Shown one piece after another: positions 9,787 to 17,037 of a stretch of DNA of 33,803 bases (the stretch's first letter is position 1; each line of letters opens with the position of its first letter). The stretch covers positions 1 to 33,803 of the forward strand of contig CAKSJC010000001.1 in assembly GCA_934462885.1 (NCBI GenBank). Reading direction: 5' to 3'. The notes beneath the pieces are model-generated. The model worked only from the letters and a program-made list of their open reading frames with translations, was not told the DNA's origin and did no database searches. Source of the DNA: an uncultured Eubacteriales bacterium (GTDB lineage Bacteria > Bacillota > Clostridia > Oscillospirales > CAG-272). Made by a program: the position numbers and the translations under genes.

Positions 9787-9834
9787 CTTTAATACAAAAA
9801 GGAAGTTCATTGGAACTTCCTTTTTGTATTAAAG
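9787..9834. terminator. Bidirectional terminator between the GNAT gene and lplA
   Basis: Perfect 22-bp inverted repeat CTTTAATACAAAAAGGAAGTTC / GAACTTCCTTTTTGTATTAAAG with a 4-nt loop ATTG. T-rich tracts lie inside both arms. Confidence 0.7.
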
Positions 9835-9876
9835 CCTTTGTTTTAGATACAGTACGGAAACAGAGGTGCTGCACGG

Positions 9877-10839
9877 TCAAGAAAACAGTCCGTTTGCTAT
9901 CTCTTCCGGAGTTATAGCGTAAAAAGAAAGAGGCTTTAGAGCAGAGAGTACACTTTCCGGGGTGAACGGGCAGCCGCGGAGCGCACCGGAAATCGTGTCG
10001 GCATCATCAACTCCAAAAAAGTCTCCCGAAATACCTGCCGACTCAATCTTTCCTTTTTTTACAGTAAAGCCGATCACGAGATTCCCTCCGGGAAGATGAA
10101 GAGTTTTTTCGGCTTCAAAGGCGGGAGAAGCCGCATATATCACCGCAGGATCGGCGAATTTTTCAGCTGCAAAGGCGATTATGCGGCGCTCGTCATCGGG
10201 TGTTATTATGTATTTTGAATCCGTCATTGAAGAAATAAGTCTGCGGCGGAATTCCCCGCCGTCCATGTCTGAGGACAGATGCTCCCGTATGTTCGTCACT
10301 CTATCGCGCACCGACTTTATCGATTTTGAGGTGATTTTGTATTCTTTCGGTGTGGTAGAGCGCACAAGCTCGTTAATGTCGGTATCAAAGAGCAGTGAGC
10401 CGTGGTGTACGGTAGAGCCTTTCAGCTTATACTGCGCGTTTCCGCTTATTTTTTTCCCGCAGAGCGTGATATCGTTTCGTCCGGTCGGTTCAACGTCTGC
10501 ACCGAGTGAGCGAAGAGCGCTCACTATCGGATTGACGAAACGCGCAAATTCTATCATGCCGGGTTCGGTACGGCGAGTTATAAAAGTAAACTGCCATCCG
10601 CCTTGGTCGGTGTATATGGTGCCTCCTCCCGACATACGGCGCACAACGGTGATACCGTGTTCTTTCGCGTATTCGCCGTTTATTTCCTCGAGAGTGTTCT
10701 GATATTTTCCGATCATCAGAGTGGGAGATGTGTTCCACAGCATAAAAACGTCGTCTCCGAGATCTTTTTCGGAGGCAAAGTAGTATTCGCATCCGAAATT
10801 ATAAAAAACATCGGTTGAATGAGTGTCAATAAATATCAT
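9877..10839 (-). CDS. lplA: Lipoate--protein ligase (LplA/LplJ type, with C-terminal accessory domain)
   Basis: VVRRMSGGGTIYTDQGG and KKISGNAQ (catalytic Lys region). C-terminal GISGDFFG accessory-domain motif. ATGA overlap with the lipA stop. Confidence 0.85.
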   Translation of the reverse strand: MIFIDTHSTDVFYNFGCEYYFASEKDLGDDVFMLWNTSPTLMIGKYQNTLEEINGEYAKEHGITVVRRMSGGGTIYTDQGGWQFTFITRRTEPGMIEFARFVNPIVSALRSLGADVEPTGRNDITLCGKKISGNAQYKLKGSTVHHGSLLFDTDINELVRSTTPKEYKITSKSIKSVRDRVTNIREHLSSDMDGGEFRRRLISSMTDSKYIITPDDERRIIAFAAEKFADPAVIYAASPAFEAEKTLHLPGGNLVIGFTVKKGKIESAGISGDFFGVDDADTISGALRGCPFTPESVLSALKPLSFYAITPEEIANGLFS

Positions 10840-11726
10840 TTTTCATCACCGCATATCATGTTGAACGCTTCAGCCGCCATATAAGAACTTCGAACGAGCG
10901 GTGAACTTACAACGTATTTTATTCCGTGAGATAAGGCTTCTTTTTTGTAATCCTCAAATTCCGCCGGAGTCACGTATCTCACAAGAGGCGCGTTTTCCGA
11001 CGATGGCGGAAGATATTGGCTTATCGTGAGAATATCGCATCCGACGGACGCAATATCTGAAAAAAGTGCGCTTATCTGCGCGTCAGTCTCGCCAAGCCCG
11101 AGCATTATTCCGGTTTTTGTAACCGCCGCGCCTTTTTCCTTGCAATAATGAAGAAGGCGAAGCGAGCGTTCATATGAAGCCTTCGGACGGATATCGGCGT
11201 AAAGCTCGCGTACTGTTTCCATATTGTGGTTCAATACATCCGGGCGTGCGTCCATTATTGTGTCGTAAGATGATGTACGCCCCATCATATCGGAGATAAG
11301 AACTTCTGCGGTGACTCCGGGGCAGCTTTCATGAATGGCGTGTATAACGGCAGCAAATTGCGCAGCCCCGCCGTCCTCAAGATCATCGCGCGTCACACAG
11401 GTTATAACAGCGTGGCGAAGTCCGAGTTCTGCCGCGGCTTTCGCTATCTTTCGCGGTTCTTCGGGATCGGGAGGGAGAAGATCTTTTTTCGATGTGTGTC
11501 CGATGTTGCAGAATTTGCAGTTTCTCGTGCAGTTTTTGCCGAGTATCATAAAAGTGGCGGTTTTTTTTCTGAAACATTCTCCGATGTTCGGACAGTTTGC
11601 GCTGTCGCAGACAGTATTAAGACCGAGACTTGCCATAAGAGAAGCGACCGCCGTGCTTTCCTTTGCATTGTAGCGCACCTTTAACCATTCGGGTTTTCCC
11701 CCGGCAGTTTGAATAGATTTGTCCAT
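10836..11726 (-). CDS. lipA: Lipoyl synthase (radical SAM)
   Basis: Auxiliary-cluster motif CDSANCPNIGEC and radical-SAM motif CTRNCKFC. The start lies 4 nt after the stop of the lipoyl-domain gene. Confidence 0.92.
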   Translation of the reverse strand: MDKSIQTAGGKPEWLKVRYNAKESTAVASLMASLGLNTVCDSANCPNIGECFRKKTATFMILGKNCTRNCKFCNIGHTSKKDLLPPDPEEPRKIAKAAAELGLRHAVITCVTRDDLEDGGAAQFAAVIHAIHESCPGVTAEVLISDMMGRTSSYDTIMDARPDVLNHNMETVRELYADIRPKASYERSLRLLHYCKEKGAAVTKTGIMLGLGETDAQISALFSDIASVGCDILTISQYLPPSSENAPLVRYVTPAEFEDYKKEALSHGIKYVVSSPLVRSSYMAAEAFNMICGDEK

Positions 11727-11730
11727 AGAT

Positions 11731-11970
11731 TCAGAGAGTTTCCGCTGAAGCTATTGCTCTTCCGCACTCGATTTCGTCGCCCTCTTCACAGAGGAGCGAG
11801 AGTATCTTCATATCTGCGGAGGCTTCAACTTCGCTTATTACCTTGTCGGTTTCAAGTTCAAACAGAACTTCCCCTTCTTTAATAATATCTCCGGGGGAAA
11901 CATTAAATCTGCATACTTTTCCCGACTTCATTTCGGGGCGGAGACGGGGCATCGTTATTTCAATTTTCAT
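11731..11970 (-). CDS. Free-standing E2-type lipoyl (biotin/lipoyl attachment) domain protein, 79 aa
   Basis: ORF 11731-12000. The ATG at 11970 follows GAGGTGAT. The sequence MKIEITMPRLRPEMKSGKVCRFNVSPGDIIKEGEVLFELETDKV...EEGDEIECG matches the E2 lipoyl-domain pattern, including the ETDK lipoyl-lysine motif. No catalytic E2 domain follows. Confidence 0.8.
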   Translation of the reverse strand: MKIEITMPRLRPEMKSGKVCRFNVSPGDIIKEGEVLFELETDKVISEVEASADMKILSLLCEEGDEIECGRAIASAETL

Positions 11971-12228
11971 TTTGATCACCTCTGCCGGACAGAGCGGCAA
12001 ATTTGAAATTTTTATAAAACGACATTTTAATATAAGTTAATATAAGAATATCGCGTTTTTATACTTAAGCATTGTCGTGCAGGCGCACAGCGTATCGGTA
12101 GTTTTAATGTGTTTTTTATCCGCGTACTTGCGTGAGCAAAGCTAAGGAACATAAGCGTTTGCGGGCTTGGCGCATATTGCGTAATGTCATACTTTATATT
12201 CGGAACAGATTTTCTGTCCCCGAACAAA

Positions 12229-13170
12229 TTAAGCGAATACCATTTTCTCAATAACGGCGGATATGGCGTCGGGAAAAGCATTCTTTAATTCCTCCGTGGT
12301 GAGACGGATTCCAATAGCAGACGCGAGGATATCGTTAATTTCATCGTAATCGGATGTCAGAGAAGTTATGAGTCCGTTTTTTGAGTTCAAAACGAATTTT
12401 ACACGCTTTTCTCCGATCGTATCTTCATGTTCGACGCAAAACGCCGGAGAGCGTGCGAAATTCCACTCAAAGCTGCGGTATTTTTCAGCGATCCGACTGA
12501 TCTCCGATAATTCCGCATGGTCAAAAATAACCGGACGTATTTTTTCGCGGCATAGTGCGAGTCTGATTGCGGCGGCAAATTCGTATATATCTATGTCATC
12601 TTTCATATACGGGCGTATGTTTGCGACGGGGGCGGGATTGCTTTTTATCGACTTGGATATGACTCCCGTTCTTGCGTTTCCGGTGACAGAGGACAAGACT
12701 GAAAGATCCGAATCAAAAAGAAGAGTTCCATGGTGCATCATCCTGTTTTTTGATACGGCTTCCGCGTTTCCGCTTACTTTTTTTCCGTCAACCGTTATGT
12801 CAAACGAGTTCCCGAGACATACCGGAACTCCGAGAGAGCGAAGCGCTTCTGCAATTGGAGAAAGAAAGCGTTCATAGTCCGGAAAAGAATTGCTTTTGTC
12901 GGTTATTACCGTAAAGTTTAAGTTGCCGGAGTCGTGATAGACGCATCCGCCGCCGCTGTTACGCCGAACGGCAGCTATTCCTGCTTCTTTTGTAAGACGG
13001 AGCGAGAATTCCTCAAAAGGATTTTGGAATTTTCCGTAAACAACAGTTGGCGGACTTATCCAAAGCATGAGATATTCCCCGACGGTATAGTTCTCAAGAA
13101 GAAACTCTTCTTCCGCAAGAGCGAAAGCCGCGTCATGCGAATTATTCAGTGAATTTTCAACATATATCAT
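12229..13170 (-). CDS. Second lipoate--protein ligase family paralog
   Basis: ORF 12229-13278. I prefer the ATG at 13170, which gives MIYVENSLNN... like other LplA N-termini, although its RBS is weak. AVRRNSGGGCVYHDSGN, KKVSGNAEA and HHGTLLFDSDL are present. A C-terminal accessory-like domain is present but lacks the GDFF motif. Confidence 0.8.
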   Translation of the reverse strand: MIYVENSLNNSHDAAFALAEEEFLLENYTVGEYLMLWISPPTVVYGKFQNPFEEFSLRLTKEAGIAAVRRNSGGGCVYHDSGNLNFTVITDKSNSFPDYERFLSPIAEALRSLGVPVCLGNSFDITVDGKKVSGNAEAVSKNRMMHHGTLLFDSDLSVLSSVTGNARTGVISKSIKSNPAPVANIRPYMKDDIDIYEFAAAIRLALCREKIRPVIFDHAELSEISRIAEKYRSFEWNFARSPAFCVEHEDTIGEKRVKFVLNSKNGLITSLTSDYDEINDILASAIGIRLTTEELKNAFPDAISAVIEKMVFA

Positions 13171-13304
13171 AGTTTGTCCCAAAGATAAACTTTTGTTTAC
13201 GGCGCAATCAATAATGAGAAAATATCTTATTTGCGCCGAAGTTTGAGCATGCTTCGGAAAATCTCGATAGAGGGTCAAGTGTTATCTTAACTTAACTCTA
13301 TCTG

Positions 13305-14447
13305 TCAGTCGGGATTTCTCTCTCCGAGAATCACTCTGTATTTCTGATAGAAGCTTTCGTAGTATCCGCCGTCGAGTGCGTCTCTTATTTTTTTTGTGAG
13401 ATCGTTGTAGAAGTAGAGGTTATGCAGAACCGCAAGGCGCATTCCGAGTATCTCTTTTGCTTTGATGAGGTGGCGGATATACGCTCTGCTGTGGTTGCGG
13501 CAGGCGGGGCAGCCGCAGTTTTCATCAATAGGACGGGGATCGTTCATGTATTTCTCGTTTAAGAGATTCATTTTTCCGTTCCATGTAAAGAGGTTTCCGT
13601 GACGTGCATTTCTCGATGGCATTACGCAGTCGAAGAAATCAACTCCGCGGTGAACACCTTCGACGATATTTACGGGAGTTCCGACTCCCATAAGATATCT
13701 TGGTTTGTCTTTCGGCATATACGGCTCAACCGCTTCGATTATGCGGTACATTTCTTCGGTTTCCTCTCCGACGGCAAGGCCTCCTATGGCGTATCCGTCG
13801 CAGTCAAGTTCACGTATTTGCTCCATATGGCGTATTCTGAGATCGGCATACGTACTCCCCTGATTTATTCCGAACAAGAGCTGTCCGGGGTTTACCGTGT
13901 CCTCAAGAGAGTTAAGACGGCGAAGCTCTTCTTTGCATCGCGCGAGCCATCGGGTAGTACGGTCACAGGAGTTTCTCGTGTAATTGTACTCAGCAGGGTT
14001 TTCGATGCATTCATCGAACGCCATGGCAATGGTGGAGCCAAGGTTTGACTGTATGCGCATACTCTCTTCGGGACCCATAAATATACGTTTTCCGTCAAGG
14101 TGACTGCGAAAATATACGCCTTCTTCTTTAATTTTGCGCAAACTTGCGAGTGAAAAGACCTGAAATCCGCCGCTGTCGGTAAGAGTCGGCTTGTCCCAGC
14201 CTGTGAACTTCTGAAGTCCGCCCTGATCGTGGATAAGGCGGTCTCCGGGTCTTATGTGAAGATGATACGTGTTAGAAAGCATTACCTGGCAGTTGACTTC
14301 TTTTAAGTCGAAAGCGGATACTCCGCCTTTTATTGCGGCGCAGGTTGCAACGTTCATGAATACGGGCGTTTCAATCACACCGTGAGGTGTTATGAGACGT
14401 CCGCGGCGTGCGTGACTGTTTTCGTCGGGTTTAATGAGAATGAACAT
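13305..14447 (-). CDS. tgt: Queuine tRNA-ribosyltransferase (tRNA-guanine transglycosylase)
   Basis: LTDSGGFQVFS motif and zinc site CGCPACRNHSRAYIRHL. GGAG RBS. Confidence 0.92.
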   Translation of the reverse strand: MFILIKPDENSHARRGRLITPHGVIETPVFMNVATCAAIKGGVSAFDLKEVNCQVMLSNTYHLHIRPGDRLIHDQGGLQKFTGWDKPTLTDSGGFQVFSLASLRKIKEEGVYFRSHLDGKRIFMGPEESMRIQSNLGSTIAMAFDECIENPAEYNYTRNSCDRTTRWLARCKEELRRLNSLEDTVNPGQLLFGINQGSTYADLRIRHMEQIRELDCDGYAIGGLAVGEETEEMYRIIEAVEPYMPKDKPRYLMGVGTPVNIVEGVHRGVDFFDCVMPSRNARHGNLFTWNGKMNLLNEKYMNDPRPIDENCGCPACRNHSRAYIRHLIKAKEILGMRLAVLHNLYFYNDLTKKIRDALDGGYYESFYQKYRVILGERNPD

Positions 14448-14468
14448 ATTTACTCCGATTTATTTATT

Positions 14469-16898
14469 TTACATCAAACGTGCGAATTGACGGTCGATTG
14501 ACGATTTTTTTATTTCAAAGGCGACGGGTCTGCCGTGAGGACATGTGCGGATGACCTGATTATCGGCGCCCGGCTTTTTTAAGAGTCTGTCGCATATCCA
14601 CTTTATGTGAGCGATATCGTAAACCCGCCCGCCTTTTATCGCAGCTTTGCAGGAAGCCTGCCAAAGACGCGACTCAAAGAATCCCTCTGCAACTGACTCA
14701 ACGCTTCCCGTTACGTCCGACAGACGCGAAGCAAGTGAAGTGAACAATTCGAGCGCTTCCGACGGCTCCAGATCGGACGGTATTTGCGTTATAACGGCGC
14801 GTGAGGTTGAGATACCTGTTTCGCGGAACTCGCATTCAAATCCGAGCGCACGGATTTTATCGATGTGTTCGGCGGCAGCGTCCGCTTCCACGGTCATCAT
14901 ATCCGCTTCAAGAGGGGTAAGAAGTATCTGACCTTCAGCGGCGCGCCCGTCTTTAAGAGCATGGCGCATCTTGCGGCACAATTCATCGAAGATAATCCGC
15001 TCATGAGCGGCATGCTTGTCGATCATGAGAAGCCTGTCGGAGAGCTGAACTATAACATAGCAATTAAACGCCTCTCCGATAATGAAATAATCGGGAATAT
15101 CAGACGGCTTTATGTCGTCGGGATAGCTGTATTCATAAGAAGAATGCAAAGCGGGGAAAGTTTCATTTGTTAAAGGAATATCCGGGGGCTCGTTGAGATG
15201 CAGTGTGTCATCCGAACTTACGGCTATACGGGGGTTTGTTCTGTCGGAAGTATGGAACGAGTTTTCATGATTCCCGTCGCTTTCATCTTTTACCGTGGAG
15301 TTGAGCGTGTTGATTGCCGTATCATTCGATTTGGGATTTTTTGCCATGACGCCGCCGTTATCTGTTATAGGATATCTTTCGGATTCGTCCGGCGTGCTTG
15401 CGGGAGAGCTTTCGCTTGTTCTTTTATCGGATATATCCGAAGTTTTTATCTGCTCTGCTTTAGAGTTATTTTCAGTATGAGAGAATCTGCTTGCAAACTC
15501 ATATTCGCTGTCCGCGATTTTTTCAAAAGCGTCTCGGTGGAGCTTTATCATTTCCGTATATGGAAGTTCTTCCGTGTACGACGGGACTATATCGGGAGAG
15601 CTTTTTGCGTAGTCGGCGGACGAAGCACGGTTGTCCGAACGGTGTATGTATTCGTTATATCCGTGTGATTTGTAATTCTGCGTTACGATTTGCGGATTTT
15701 CGCTTCTTTTTTGAGTTGAATCCGGATTAACATCAAAGGCGGAATCGCGCATAGCTTCCGTGAGAGTCAGCTGATCCTCTTTTTTTCGCGGTGCGTCGAG
15801 CGGAACGAAAGCATTCATTAGTTCTCGTGATGTTTGCTTCTTTTTCCCTGTAATAGAGTCTGAGGCTGTGTACGTACTGCCTGTTTTTATTGAAAGCTCA
15901 GGACGTTTTGCCGCCGAATCAAGCGCAGACAGCGTAGCGTAGTATACCGCATCGAAAATAAGCTTTTCGTTTGCGAATTTTACCTCAAGCTTTGAAGGAT
16001 GTACGTTTACATCAACAAGTTCAGGGTTAACTTCTATGTTTATAACGCACATTGGGAACTTGTCGTGCGGTATTTTTGATAAAAACGCCTGTTCAACGGC
16101 GGCGGAAGCAGTTTTGCTTTTCACGTAGCGTCCGTTTATGAAGAAGTTTTCCATATTTCTGTTTGAACGGAACATATCCGATTCTGAAATATATCCCGTG
16201 AGGTGTATACCGTTTTCAGCGCGATCGACTTTAAGCAAACGCTTCGCAACATCGCGCCCGAAGAGAGCCCACATAGTTTCGGAGAGATTTCCGTGGCCGG
16301 CAGTCATGAATTTTACTTCCCCGTCGCTTATGTATTTTATGGAAACGTCGGCGCGGGAGAGGGCTATTTTTTCGACTACCGCGCTGACAGCGGCGGCTTC
16401 CGTAGAGTCTTTTTTTAAAAACTTGCGTCTTGCGGGAACGTTGAAGAACAGATCGTCTACGATGACGGAAGTTCCCTCCGGACATCCGACTTCGGTAAAG
16501 CTTGTTATTTCTCCTCCGGAGGATTCAAGAAGAGCGCCCATTTTCGAGTCGGCGGTTTTTGAGAAAATCTTCATTTTTGAAACGGAAGAAATTGCAGCCA
16601 GAGCTTCTCCGCGGAATCCGAGAGTTGATATTCCGGTGAGATCGGAGGCGTCCTTGATTTTGCTCGTGGCATGGCGAAGGATAGATACGGGGAGGTCTTC
16701 CGCGTCCATACCGCAGCCGTTGTCGGTAACTCTTATGGAAGCAACTCCGCCGCGGCGAATTTCTATCGTGACGACGGTTCCGCCGGCGTCAATCGCGTTT
16801 TCGAGAAGTTCTTTGACAACGGAAGCCGGACGGTCAACGACTTCGCCCGCCGCGATAAGGTTTGCGACATCGAAGCCGAGTACGTTTATTTTCCCCAT
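14469..16898 (-). CDS. mutL: DNA mismatch repair protein MutL (endonuclease type)
   Basis: GHKL ATPase N-terminus IAAGEVVDRPASVVKELLENAIDAG. C-terminal endonuclease motifs DKHAAHERIIFDE, SCKAAIK and CPHGRP. The inter-domain linker is unusually long (about 270 aa). Confidence 0.92.
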   Translation of the reverse strand: MGKINVLGFDVANLIAAGEVVDRPASVVKELLENAIDAGGTVVTIEIRRGGVASIRVTDNGCGMDAEDLPVSILRHATSKIKDASDLTGISTLGFRGEALAAISSVSKMKIFSKTADSKMGALLESSGGEITSFTEVGCPEGTSVIVDDLFFNVPARRKFLKKDSTEAAAVSAVVEKIALSRADVSIKYISDGEVKFMTAGHGNLSETMWALFGRDVAKRLLKVDRAENGIHLTGYISESDMFRSNRNMENFFINGRYVKSKTASAAVEQAFLSKIPHDKFPMCVINIEVNPELVDVNVHPSKLEVKFANEKLIFDAVYYATLSALDSAAKRPELSIKTGSTYTASDSITGKKKQTSRELMNAFVPLDAPRKKEDQLTLTEAMRDSAFDVNPDSTQKRSENPQIVTQNYKSHGYNEYIHRSDNRASSADYAKSSPDIVPSYTEELPYTEMIKLHRDAFEKIADSEYEFASRFSHTENNSKAEQIKTSDISDKRTSESSPASTPDESERYPITDNGGVMAKNPKSNDTAINTLNSTVKDESDGNHENSFHTSDRTNPRIAVSSDDTLHLNEPPDIPLTNETFPALHSSYEYSYPDDIKPSDIPDYFIIGEAFNCYVIVQLSDRLLMIDKHAAHERIIFDELCRKMRHALKDGRAAEGQILLTPLEADMMTVEADAAAEHIDKIRALGFECEFRETGISTSRAVITQIPSDLEPSEALELFTSLASRLSDVTGSVESVAEGFFESRLWQASCKAAIKGGRVYDIAHIKWICDRLLKKPGADNQVIRTCPHGRPVAFEIKKSSIDRQFARLM

Positions 16899-17037
16899 TT
16901 TAACCTCCGTTTCGTTTATTTTTTATCTTTATGTTTTTTTGTAAGTTTCAGGTTGTGAATATTTGTAAAAACGTTCGAAGTCTTTTTCTCCGTTCTGATG
17001 AAAAACAAAGACGGAGATTTTTGCGGGCGAGAAGCTG

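Noticed and set aside
11971-12228. 228-nt spacer inside the lipoate cluster, including a small hairpin CTCTG-TCCGG-CAGAG overlapping the carrier gene's RBS and a bulged hairpin just after the lplA-paralog stop.
   Set aside because: The stems are only 5-10 bp with wobble pairs or a bulge, and they have no T-run. There is no consensus promoter and no match to a riboswitch I know. I note it only as a possible internal promoter or processing region.
15099-15908. MutL linker expansion as an intein or inserted mobile element.
   Set aside because: I could not recognise intein splice-junction or homing-endonuclease motifs. The composition is disordered and low-complexity and continuous with the flanking frame, so it is reported only as a long linker.
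16138-16944. 268-aa plus-strand ORF, plus other long antisense ORFs (for example 8859-9368, 10181-10702, 12368-12877, 13599-14048, 20052-20531).
   Set aside because: All lie antisense to strongly motif-supported genes (mutL, the GNAT gene, lplA, the lplA paralog, tgt, miaB). They have Ser/Arg/Phe-rich shadow-frame composition.
16987-17022. Hairpin TCTCCGT...ACGGAGA followed by TTTTT on the plus strand, between mutS and mutL.
   Set aside because: It is oriented against the direction of both flanking genes. It has a 17-nt loop and only a 7-bp stem. It may damp antisense transcription, but there is no upstream plus-strand gene, so it is too weak to call.
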